Shown piece by piece: positions 10,111 through 19,600 of a stretch of DNA of 64,000 nucleotides. This DNA is from Candidatus Eiseniibacteriota bacterium (GTDB lineage Bacteria; Eisenbacteria; RBG-16-71-46; CAZAMP01). Position 1 is the stretch's first letter, and each line of letters starts with the position of its first letter. The translations under genes and the position numbers were made by a program. A model generated the notes under the pieces. The model saw only the letters and a list, made by a program, of their open reading frames with translations, searched no databases and had not been told where the DNA came from. The DNA is taken from NCBI GenBank assembly GCA_965224245.1, contig OZ245046.1, positions 5,056,001-5,120,000 on the forward strand, in the 5' to 3' direction.

Positions 10111-12015
10111 ATGAATCGGATGTACAGATCTTTCACCAGCGGAGCCGCTGCCCTCCTCGCCTTCGCGTCGGTCGCCACCGCGGACGAGTTCATCCGACTG
10201 GACGATCCCGACGTCTACGATCTCCAGACGCAGGGCTTCGAGCTCGAACGCGGTGGCGAGGTCTCGATCGACGCCGTGGGCCTTCGGCCCCGAAACGCGG
10301 ACGATCTCTCGGTCTATGCCTGGATCCTCGATGCCCGCACGCGCGAGGTGGTCTGGAGGATGGACCGGCGAAACACCGACCGGATGAGGGGATCACGCGT
10401 GCTCCGCGAGGTCAGGACCACCCTCGACCTGCCGGCCGGCGAGTACGAGCTGTACTTCTTCTCCGGCGACGATCTCGCGACCGTCTCCATCCACTGGAGC
10501 GACTGGAGCGACTGGCGCGAGTGGTTCTCCTGGAGCCGCGACGACGATCGTGACCGCGAGTGGAGGGAGGCCGAGGAGGAACGCGAGCGCGAGCGCGACC
10601 GCGAACGCGACGAACGCGACCTCGAACGCGACCTCGAGCGGGCCGAGCGGGATCGCGAGCGCGCCGAGCGGGCCCTGGACCGCGCCAAGCGCGACCGGGA
10701 CTGGGAGCGCGCTCGCCGGCGCCACGACGAGCTCGACGACTGCTACGTGAGCCTCTCGTCCACCGACCTCTCGTCGCGGGACATCCGCCTGACGGACGTC
10801 GACGGAGGCTTCGAGGACGCCCTGGTCCGGTTCAACGAGGTCGGAGACTCCGAGTACCTCTCGCAGGGCTTCGAGATCGATCGTCCGCTGTCGCTCCACC
10901 TGTACGCGCTGATCGAGCATCCGAAGGGCGACCGCGAGCCCGCCGACTACGCCTGGATCATCAACGAGGAAACCCGGGAGGTCGTGTGGCGCACCACCAA
11001 GCGCAACACCGATCGAGCCGGTGGCGGGGACAAGAACCGCGTGTTCGACGACGAGGTGGACTTCGAAGCCGGCCGGTACGTGCTGAGCTACGGCACCGAC
11101 GATTCGCACTCCTACGAGGAGTTCAACGTGAACCCGCCCACCGATCCGCTCAACTGGGGCGTGACGGTGAGCCCGGGTCGCGACTTCCGATCGGGATCGT
11201 TCTCGCTGTTCGAGAGCGCTCGCGAGCGTGACCCGCTGGTCGCGTTCACGCGCGCGGGGGACTACGACTTCTTTGAGCAGGCCTTCCGCCTGGACCGCGA
11301 CGGCGACCTCCTCGTCTATGCGCTCGGCGAGTACTCGTACGGCGACCGCGAGTTCGTCGACTACGCCTGGATCGCCGACGCCGGGACCGGCGAGGTGGTC
11401 TGGGAGATGACGCGCGACAACACGATCGCCGGCGGCGGGGCCGAGAAGAACCGAATGTTCGACGGGCGCGTTCACCTCGAGCGCGGCGACTACGTCGTGT
11501 ACTACGTCACCGACGACTCGCACTCGTACGAGGACTGGAACCAGGCGCGTCCGATCGATCCGAACGCCTGGGGCGTCCAGATCTTCGCCAGCGACGACAT
11601 CGACAGCGGCGACCTGGAGCTCATGACGATGTCCGAGGTTCAGGACGACGCCGACGTGCTCGCACGAATCGTGCGCGTGGGAGACCGCGAGCGCCGGCGT
11701 GAACGCTTCACGCTGGACGACGACGCGCGGGTGCACATCTACGCGCTCGGCGAGGGCACCGGGGGCGAGATGTACGACTATGCGTACATCATCGACGACG
11801 ACTCCGGCCGCACGGTGTGGGAGATGACCTATCGTGACACCGATCACGCGGGCGGCGCCCGGAAGAACCGGCGCGTCAGCGAGGACATCCGGCTCGAAAG
11901 CGGCCGCTACGAGGTAGTGTACGTGTCCGACGGCTCGCACAGCTTCCAGGACTGGAACGCGCGCCGTCCCCGCGATCCGATGAACTGGGGCGTCACGGTC
12001 ACCCGGGCTCACTGA
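10111..12015 (+). CDS. Secreted protein with four tandem homologous beta-domains and a charged E/R/D linker
   Basis: Signal peptide. YAWI......VVW.M recurs four times; GG..KNR, DSHS(Y/F) and P.DP..WGV recur in repeats 2-4. Confidence 0.8.
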   Translation: MNRMYRSFTSGAAALLAFASVATADEFIRLDDPDVYDLQTQGFELERGGEVSIDAVGLRPRNADDLSVYAWILDARTREVVWRMDRRNTDRMRGSRVLREVRTTLDLPAGEYELYFFSGDDLATVSIHWSDWSDWREWFSWSRDDDRDREWREAEEERERERDRERDERDLERDLERAERDRERAERALDRAKRDRDWERARRRHDELDDCYVSLSSTDLSSRDIRLTDVDGGFEDALVRFNEVGDSEYLSQGFEIDRPLSLHLYALIEHPKGDREPADYAWIINEETREVVWRTTKRNTDRAGGGDKNRVFDDEVDFEAGRYVLSYGTDDSHSYEEFNVNPPTDPLNWGVTVSPGRDFRSGSFSLFESARERDPLVAFTRAGDYDFFEQAFRLDRDGDLLVYALGEYSYGDREFVDYAWIADAGTGEVVWEMTRDNTIAGGGAEKNRMFDGRVHLERGDYVVYYVTDDSHSYEDWNQARPIDPNAWGVQIFASDDIDSGDLELMTMSEVQDDADVLARIVRVGDRERRRERFTLDDDARVHIYALGEGTGGEMYDYAYIIDDDSGRTVWEMTYRDTDHAGGARKNRRVSEDIRLESGRYEVVYVSDGSHSFQDWNARRPRDPMNWGVTVTRAH

Positions 12016-12048
12016 CCGCCGTCGCGCCGCCGACCGTCTGAACCGCCG

Positions 12049-12088
12049 GGCGGGCCGGGCTTCCGCACACCGGAAGCGCCGGCCCGCC
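12049..12088. terminator. 17-bp GC stem-loop without a U-tract
   Basis: GGCGGGCCGG-GCTTCCG / CGGAAGC-(G)-CCGGCCCGCC with loop CACAC, just after stop 12015. Confidence 0.5.
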
Positions 12089-12110
12089 TCGGCGTGTATG
12101 CTCCGGCCCG

Positions 12111-13961
12111 TTGATCGACCACCCGGACCGGAGCCTTCTTCGAGTGACGCGAGCCGACGACACCCCCCCGCGCAGCCGCGCCGACGTGCGCGCCGCCTAT
12201 CGCACACGGCGAGACGAACGCGCCGCCGTTGCGGCCGGGCTCGCCTCCCGGGACCGCACCCTCGCCGCTCTTCGCGTCGGGGTGTTCCTCGCCGGCCTCG
12301 TTCTCGCGTGGCTCGTGCTCGCCCGGGGATCGCTCGGCCTTGCCTGGCTGAGCGTGCCGCTTCTCGCCTTCCTCGGGCTGGTGGTCGTGCACGCACGCGT
12401 CATGCGGAGCCTCGCGCGAGCCACGCGTGCCGTTCTGCACTACGACGCCGGGATCCGGCGCCTGGACGACGCCTGGGCCGGTGAGGGCGACCCCGGCGAC
12501 GAGTTTCGGGATCCTGACCACCCCTACGCCGAGGATCTGGATCTCTTCGGGAAGGGATCGCTCTTCGAGCGGCTGGCCGTGCTGGCCACCGCCACCGGTC
12601 GGCGCACGCTGGCCGGATGGCTTCTCGCGCCCGCGAACGCCGAGACGGTCGCGCGCCGTCAGGCGGCGATCGCCGAGCTGCGTGACGACGTCGGTCTTCG
12701 GGAGCGATTGATCGTGACCGGATCGGAGGTGCGCGTCGGGGGCCGCGAGGCGCGCATCGAGTCCTGGGTGGCCACACCGGACCGCCTCGGCGCCCCACCA
12801 CTGCGCGCGCTGGGGGTCGCACTGACCCTCGCGGCCGTCGCCGGCGGCGTCGGATGGGCGGCCGGCGCATGGCCCGGACACGTACTCGCGCTCGTGGCGA
12901 TCGCGGAGCTCGCGCTGTGGCTCGTCGTCGGGCGCACCATCCGTGCGGTTCTGGCGGACGTCGAGCCGATCATGCGGGACCTGGATGATCTCGCACCGGT
13001 GCTGGAGTTCGTCGAGTCCGGCGCCTTCGAGGCTCCGCTGCTCGGGGATCTCCGTTCCGCCATGGACGTGACCAGACCGGCTCCCGCCGCCATCGCCCGG
13101 CTCCGCAGGCTGGTGGAGCTGGTGGACTCCACCCGCAATCCGTTCTTCGCACCCGCCGCGTTTCTCCTCCTCTGGTCGTTCCACCTCGCCGTCGCGGTCG
13201 AACGGTGGCGCTCGCGGCACGGCGATCAGATCGACACGTGGTTCCGCGTGGCCGGCGAGCTGGACGCGCTCGTCGCGATCGCCGGCTACGCGCACGAGTG
13301 CCCCGAGGACCGATTCCCCTCGCTCGAGACGGGCGCGTGGCGGCTCTCGGCCGAGGGCCTCGGGCATCCGTTGATCCCGATCGATCGCGCGGTCCGGAAC
13401 GAGGTCACGCTGGGAGTGGACGGACCCTCGCTTCTGGTCGTGAGCGGATCGAACATGTCCGGGAAGAGCACGCTCCTTCGCGCCGTCGGGCTCAACGCCG
13501 TCCTGGCTCAGGCCGGCGCGCCGGTGCGCGCGCACTCGTTCCGGCTCACGCCGTTGACCGTGGGAGCGTCGATCCAGACCGTGGACTCTCTCGCCGAGGG
13601 ACGGTCCCGCTTCTACGCCGAGATCTCGAGGCTGCGCCAGCTGATGACGCTGGCCGAGGACTCCCCGCCGCTGCTGTTCCTGGTGGACGAGGTTCTGGCG
13701 GGGACGAACTCACACGATCGGCGCATCGGCAGCCGCGCGGTGCTGTCGGGGTTCCTCGCGCGCGGGGCGTGCGGCCTCGTGACGACACACGATCTCGCCC
13801 TGACCGAGCTCGTCGACCAGCTGGGAGCGCCAGCGCGCAACGTCCACTTCGAGGACCATCTCGCCGGCGGCGTGATGCACTTCGACTACCGGCTTCGCGA
13901 CGGCGTCGTGACCAAGAGCAACGCCGTCGCGCTGATGCGGTCGGTCGGCCTGGACGTCTAG
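12111..13961 (+). CDS. Membrane-anchored MutS-family ATPase (MutS domain V, no mismatch-binding domain)
   Basis: N-terminal TMs, DLDLFGKGSLF, Walker A GSNMSGKST, S.FYAE, DEVLAGTNS, TTHD. Confidence 0.88.
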   Translation: MIDHPDRSLLRVTRADDTPPRSRADVRAAYRTRRDERAAVAAGLASRDRTLAALRVGVFLAGLVLAWLVLARGSLGLAWLSVPLLAFLGLVVVHARVMRSLARATRAVLHYDAGIRRLDDAWAGEGDPGDEFRDPDHPYAEDLDLFGKGSLFERLAVLATATGRRTLAGWLLAPANAETVARRQAAIAELRDDVGLRERLIVTGSEVRVGGREARIESWVATPDRLGAPPLRALGVALTLAAVAGGVGWAAGAWPGHVLALVAIAELALWLVVGRTIRAVLADVEPIMRDLDDLAPVLEFVESGAFEAPLLGDLRSAMDVTRPAPAAIARLRRLVELVDSTRNPFFAPAAFLLLWSFHLAVAVERWRSRHGDQIDTWFRVAGELDALVAIAGYAHECPEDRFPSLETGAWRLSAEGLGHPLIPIDRAVRNEVTLGVDGPSLLVVSGSNMSGKSTLLRAVGLNAVLAQAGAPVRAHSFRLTPLTVGASIQTVDSLAEGRSRFYAEISRLRQLMTLAEDSPPLLFLVDEVLAGTNSHDRRIGSRAVLSGFLARGACGLVTTHDLALTELVDQLGAPARNVHFEDHLAGGVMHFDYRLRDGVVTKSNAVALMRSVGLDV

Positions 13962-14027
13962 CCGACGCCGGGACCGACCGACGGCTCTTCGCGCGCGCGG
14001 CGCGCGGGCGCACGTCACCGCGGGGGA

Positions 14028-15038
14028 CTAGCCCGCCGCGATCGACTGGCCCTTGACGGGCTCGCCGCGTTCGACGTGCTCGTCGCCGACCTGGAAGTCG
14101 GTGAAGCGGGCGGGTAGCCCGTCTCCGTCCCCGACGATCGCCGAGTTCTGAAGGTGGTAGTGAAGATGCGGCTCGCTGGAGTTGCCGCTATTGCCACAGG
14201 TCCCCAGAAGCGTGCCCGCCTCCACGACGTCACCCGCGGTCACCCGGATGGTGCCCGGTCGAAGGTGCGCGAGGAACGAGAACTCGCCGTTCCCGTGATC
14301 GATGATCACGTGGTTGCCGAGCGGCTGGGCTGCATTCGTCTCGCCGGGTACGTTGTCCGGAATGCCGTCCAGCACCGCCACGATCTGGCCGGGCGCCGGT
14401 GACAGGAGCGGCGCGCCGTAGCAGAAGTAGTCCTCGTTGCGATCCCCGTCGCCGCCATGCGTCGTTCCGTCCCGCTCGATGACGAGATCCAGCGCGAACC
14501 GCTGATCGCGCGTGGCGGCGTGATGGTTCTCCTCGAGCGAGCGTCCGCCCCAGAAGACGTACCAGGTCTCGTCGAAGGGGAGCCTCAGCGTGGTTCTCGG
14601 CTCGTAGTCGAGGAAGTCGCTCGGATGCGGACGCGACGACGGGCGCACCGTGAAGCCCGCGATCGCCTCGTCCGGGGTGAACGCCCAGCACATCTCGACC
14701 AGCTCGGGCCGCTTCTCGAACCGGGCGAGACGAACGAACTCGGTCAGCGTGCCCTTGGGGCCGGTCGTCTCGTCCAGGATCTCGACCATCGTCCCCAGCT
14801 GGGTCACGCAGGTGCTCTGGAACGCGGCGAGCTTCTCGTCCGGCATCGCGTTCGCGAGCTGGGGATCGAAGGCGGCGGCGATCTGATCGAGGCTGCCGGC
14901 CAGGAACGCATCGGAGTACGTGCGTCCGAGCGCGAGGGCGTCTGCACCGGCGCTCGAGGACGCCAGGGCGCCGGCGACGAGGGCCCACAGAAGCGGGGCC
15001 GCGAGCTGCCGCCCGTGGCCCGGGTAGACGAAAGACAT
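14028..15038 (-). CDS. M23 family peptidase with an N-terminal DUF3887-like domain
   Basis: Signal peptide, QRFALD, GNHVIIDHG.GEFSFLAHL, GNSGNSSEPHLH. Start ATG 15038. Confidence 0.85.
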   Translation of the reverse strand: MSFVYPGHGRQLAAPLLWALVAGALASSSAGADALALGRTYSDAFLAGSLDQIAAAFDPQLANAMPDEKLAAFQSTCVTQLGTMVEILDETTGPKGTLTEFVRLARFEKRPELVEMCWAFTPDEAIAGFTVRPSSRPHPSDFLDYEPRTTLRLPFDETWYVFWGGRSLEENHHAATRDQRFALDLVIERDGTTHGGDGDRNEDYFCYGAPLLSPAPGQIVAVLDGIPDNVPGETNAAQPLGNHVIIDHGNGEFSFLAHLRPGTIRVTAGDVVEAGTLLGTCGNSGNSSEPHLHYHLQNSAIVGDGDGLPARFTDFQVGDEHVERGEPVKGQSIAAG

Positions 15039-15085
15039 CGGTTGGGTCTCTCCGGAGTCCGCGGCGCGAGACCGCGAGTGGACGA

Positions 15086-15649
15086 TCAGGGATACTCGAA
15101 CAGATGAAGCTTCGGCCGCCCGAGGACGTTTCCGTAGATCGCCCACTCGTTCGGGGCTCGGCCGGTTTGCCCGAAGATCCAGAGCTCGCGGAGGTTCAGG
15201 GAGGGGAGGTCGAGGGCCGCGAGGTTGCGGATGCCCTCGCGGTTGAGGTGGATGCCGACGACCAGACCATCGGAGGAGGCGTAGCGGGTGAGCTTCTCGA
15301 GGACACCGTCGATGCTGCTGTCGGGGTTGACGCGGGTGGGGACGACTTCCTTCAGCTGAACGGGTATGAAGACCGTTCTTCGTCGGGCGCGCCAGGCCAT
15401 GACGCAGTCGTAGTCCGCGTCCTCGGCGAGGGCGTAGAACACCGGTCGTTTGAGGACGGCGGTGGCGAGCCCGTGGCAGAGGATCGCGGCCTGGTGTCGC
15501 TCGCGGATGTAGCGGTGACGTCCGGAGCGATACCGACGCAGAGGATCCCCGCGATGCGGTGGGCCGTGCCGGCGCCGCATCCATTCGAGCGCGTGGCGCG
15601 GATCGCTGTAGGTGAGCGTCTCCCACTGGCGCTGAGTGATGCTGTCCAT
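15086..15649 (-). CDS. Hypothetical protein, possible PD-(D/E)XK nuclease fold
   Basis: RE..QAA helix followed by D-x(13)-QLK (DYDCV...FIPVQLKE). GGAG RBS. Confidence 0.5.
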   Translation of the reverse strand: MDSITQRQWETLTYSDPRHALEWMRRRHGPPHRGDPLRRYRSGRHRYIRERHQAAILCHGLATAVLKRPVFYALAEDADYDCVMAWRARRRTVFIPVQLKEVVPTRVNPDSSIDGVLEKLTRYASSDGLVVGIHLNREGIRNLAALDLPSLNLRELWIFGQTGRAPNEWAIYGNVLGRPKLHLFEYP

Positions 15650-15864
15650 GCCGTGCTCCTAGGGCGACGCGGTGCGGGGGCACCCGAGATAGCACTCCAA
15701 CTATATCATGATTACGCTTCCCCCGCTGCCCGATGAACCCGGCGGCTGCGCGCACGGTTCCTCGGCGCGCCGTCGACGCATCACGGGGGATCGGTCTCCT
15801 TCACGTTCGACACGTGCCCGGCTCCGTGCTCGGCACGGTGCCCGGCCTCTCGCCCGTCGTCTCG

Positions 15865-16368
15865 TCATTCCGAAGAGTCAGCCGACGATGCACCCGCGGA
15901 CGGCTCATCGCAACCAAAGAACGCCGCGTTCAGCGCGAGGAACGCGTGGGCCCAGCGATACGAGGTCAGAACCGGGCGGTGATCGCGTCCGATCGCGCGC
16001 AACGCCGCGGCCAGTGCCTCGACGCTCGCGAGACCGCCGTCCGGATCCGGCGACAGCTTGCCGACCCGGGGATACGCCGTCCGGATGGGCGGATCGACCG
16101 GCAACGAGCGGGGCTCGACGTGCGCGTAGCGGCGCTCCATCGGCGCCACCAGTCGCCACGTCGCATCGAGGATCAGGATCGGTCGATGGCGGTCGGCCGG
16201 TGTCAGCGGCGGGCCCTCGAAGCCGAGCCGGACGTGGTCGCCGACGTCGGGATCCTCGGTGGGATACACGAAGAACTCGATACCGGCCAGACCCTCGAGA
16301 GGCGTCAGCGAGCACTTCTCGGGCCGCTCGCGCCGGTGCCGGATGATCGTGATGCGCGGTCGGTTCAT
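15865..16368 (-). CDS. DUF367/Tsr3-like aminocarboxypropyltransferase family protein
   Basis: HRRE.P.KCS..PL, LDATW, SLP...TAYP, LASVEALAAAL..G, Y.W...FL.LN. Confidence 0.7.
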   Translation of the reverse strand: MNRPRITIIRHRRERPEKCSLTPLEGLAGIEFFVYPTEDPDVGDHVRLGFEGPPLTPADRHRPILILDATWRLVAPMERRYAHVEPRSLPVDPPIRTAYPRVGKLSPDPDGGLASVEALAAALRAIGRDHRPVLTSYRWAHAFLALNAAFFGCDEPSAGASSADSSE

Positions 16369-16448
16369 GAGCCCAAGAATACGTAACGATCGTTCTCGCG
16401 GGCAAACACGGCTAGACTCCGGTGACCACGGTCGCCGACGGAGGATGC

Positions 16449-16922
16449 ATGCGGTGGGCCCGAGTGCTGCTCGCCGTGATGCTCGCGGCCGTCATCGGTC
16501 TGACGATCTTCGGAACGCTGGCGGTGCGACACGTCACGGTGGAGTCCGCGAACGCCGGACGCGCAGCGGATCGTTTCGCACACGTCCATGCCGAGTACCC
16601 GGGCGGGCCGGCGCTCCGGATCGAGCTCGACGCAGAGGGGCGCGCTCACGTCGTCCCGCGCGGCGATCCACCGCACGGGGATCGTCCGTCGCGCCTCCGG
16701 GTGCTGGCCTACCGCGTTCGCGACGACCGTCTCGCCGAGGCCGACGTCCCCTACTGGTTCGTCCGGCTGAAGCGACCGGCTCTCGCGTTCGCGCTGCGTC
16801 GAACCGGGGTGGATCTGGATGCACTCGGTCTCTCCGGCGCGGAGCTCGACGCGCACGGGCCGGGCATCCTGATCGATCGAGAGGGACGCGACGGTGATCG
16901 CGTCATGGTCTGGCTGGAATGA
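16449..16922 (+). CDS. Hypothetical membrane-anchored protein
   Basis: GGAGG RBS, N-terminal TM, ATGA overlap with the next gene. Confidence 0.6.
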   Translation: MRWARVLLAVMLAAVIGLTIFGTLAVRHVTVESANAGRAADRFAHVHAEYPGGPALRIELDAEGRAHVVPRGDPPHGDRPSRLRVLAYRVRDDRLAEADVPYWFVRLKRPALAFALRRTGVDLDALGLSGAELDAHGPGILIDREGRDGDRVMVWLE

Positions 16923-17446
16923 GGGAGACGACGCTCATGGTAGACGTGCACGCGGTGATCATCTCGCAGTTCCGGGCCGCGCTGGCCATGCTCGACGCCG
17001 CGATCGACGCCTGCCCGGACGGGGTCTGGGACGACGCGCGGTGCGAGAACCGGTTCTGGCACGTGGCCTACCACGCGCTCCACTACACACACCTGTACCT
17101 GAGCCCGTCCGAGGAGGCGTTCGTGCCGTGGGCGAAGGACCGCAAGGACGCGTGGTTTCTCGGTCCGTATCCGTGGCCGCCTCATGACGTGCCCGAGGTC
17201 GGAGATCCCTACACGAAGGCCGAGCTTCGTGAGCACGCGTCGCTGGTGACGTCGTGCGTGACCCCCGGCGTGACGTCGCCGGCGCTGGAGGCACCATCGG
17301 GGTTCTCGTGGATCCCGCTCACGCGCCTCGAGCTGCATCTCTACAACATCCGACACGCTCAGCATCACGCGGGTCAGCTGGTGGATCGCGTTCGGCGCGA
17401 CGGTGGCAAGGGCGTGGTCTGGGTCGGTCGCGGGGTGGACGCGTAG
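16919..17446 (+). CDS. DinB family protein
   Basis: SQF.AAL.ML..AI.ACPD..W, FWHVAYH, YNIRHAQHHAGQL. Confidence 0.8.
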   Translation: MRETTLMVDVHAVIISQFRAALAMLDAAIDACPDGVWDDARCENRFWHVAYHALHYTHLYLSPSEEAFVPWAKDRKDAWFLGPYPWPPHDVPEVGDPYTKAELREHASLVTSCVTPGVTSPALEAPSGFSWIPLTRLELHLYNIRHAQHHAGQLVDRVRRDGGKGVVWVGRGVDA

Positions 17447-17461
17447 AGGATCCGAGGCCTC

Positions 17462-18307
<846 letters not shown>

Positions 18308-18552
18308 CGCCGGGGGCCGGCCGGAGGTCGCGCTCTTGCTCTACGAGCGCGACCTCACGCTCGATCCGACCCGCACGCATGCCCTCGAGAGGATCGAGAC
18401 GCGGCGCGCCGTGGGCGCGGGAGAAGGCGAGGCCGCGACCGGCGACGACTGACGGCATTCCGCCGGACCCGGCGCGCCCGCAGAGGTGACAAAGCGGCGC
18501 CCGGAGGCACTGTGACCTCCGGGTGCCTCGGGAGGGACGGGATCGTCTTCGA

Positions 18553-19254
18553 TCACGCGCTCGCGTGGACGCGGCCGTTGCCGTTGCCGTTCCCCACGCT
18601 CGCGGCCATGCGGGAGACGAGGGTGGTCATCAGTCCTTCCCAGTGTGCACGCAGGAGCGCCGCCGCCTTCGTCGTGTCTCCGGCACGGAGCGCCTTGGTC
18701 ACCGCGAGGTGCTCCCGCGACCAGTCGGCTCCGACCTCACCGCGGAGGTACTGGTAGGCGTACCGCCGGACGGTGTCCTGCAGGGGGTCGATCGTCGTGA
18801 GCAGGCGGCGATTCGGGCTGCCGGCCACGAGACGCTGGTGCCAGATCCGATCCAGCTCGACGACGTCCTCGATGCGCTCGGCGCCCGGTAGCTGTCTGGC
18901 CACCGCGTCGAGCTCGTCGAGCGTCGGTCCATCGAAGCGCAGGCCATCGATCGCCAGTGCCTCGAGCGTCCACAGCATCGGCAGGACGTCCTGGATCTCC
19001 CGGTCGCTGAATCGTTTCACCGTGAAGCCACGACCGGGGGCCGACGAGACGAATCCCTCCCACTCGAGCTCGTGCAGGGCCTCGCGAAGCGGAGTGCGGC
19101 TGACGCCGAGCTCGTCCGCGAGGGCGATCTCCTTCAGGCGCGTGCCCGGGGGAAGCTCTCCGTTCAGGAGGCGAGAGAGGACTTCGCGGCGGACGTCGTC
19201 GCGCAACGGGCGTCGAGTGATCATGTTCGGAGCTCCTTCGAGGCCTTGGGTCAT
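18553..19254 (-). CDS. GntR (FCD subfamily) transcriptional regulator
   Basis: L.PGTRL.E..LA.ELGVSRTPLREAL winged HTH; H...EH FCD residues. Confidence 0.9.
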   Translation of the reverse strand: MTQGLEGAPNMITRRPLRDDVRREVLSRLLNGELPPGTRLKEIALADELGVSRTPLREALHELEWEGFVSSAPGRGFTVKRFSDREIQDVLPMLWTLEALAIDGLRFDGPTLDELDAVARQLPGAERIEDVVELDRIWHQRLVAGSPNRRLLTTIDPLQDTVRRYAYQYLRGEVGADWSREHLAVTKALRAGDTTKAAALLRAHWEGLMTTLVSRMAASVGNGNGNGRVHASA

Positions 19255-19271
19255 GTCGTCCCCGGCGGCGT

Positions 19272-19290
19272 GTCGAATACGGTGTACGAC
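19272..19290. promoter_or_regulatory. Imperfect inverted repeat, candidate GntR autoregulatory operator
   Basis: GTCGAATAC-G-GTGTACGAC (7/9 symmetric), 17 nt upstream of the gntR start. Confidence 0.35.
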
Positions 19291-19524
19291 GACAGGTGTC
19301 GTCCTGGTTTCCTTTTGTCGGGAAATACGTTACAGAGCCACTCGCCCCGGTGGGGGCATGGCACGGCCCAGGGGGTCGTGCCCCGGGGTTCGGACTCGCC
19401 GGCGGGGAGTTCAGGGCGATCGGTTATTAGTGGCCGGCGAGGCCCGAAAGGTTGCATCGATCCTCGGGGCCTGGCCCGGAAGGAGCGAGCGCCCGGGCAC
19501 ACCGCCCCGGCCCGCCACCCCGAG

Positions 19525-19552
19525 TTGACGCCGTCCCCCAGCACACTACACT
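19525..19552 (+). promoter_or_regulatory. Sigma70-type promoter candidate for the S9 peptidase
   Basis: TTGACG-N16-TACACT. Confidence 0.55.
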
Positions 19553-19600
19553 CGCCGGCTCGACCCGACCCGAACCTCACCGAACCCGAGGAGCGCGAAC

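Noticed and set aside
10540-10720. Short tandem repeats (GAACGCGAC / GAGCGC) as a possible CRISPR array
   Set aside because: They are in-frame coding repeats for an E/R/D-rich helix, with no unique spacers and no cas genes.
19359-19374. TGGCACG as a sigma54 -24 element
   Set aside because: The -12 position reads GG rather than GC, and the sequence sits inside a hairpin arm.
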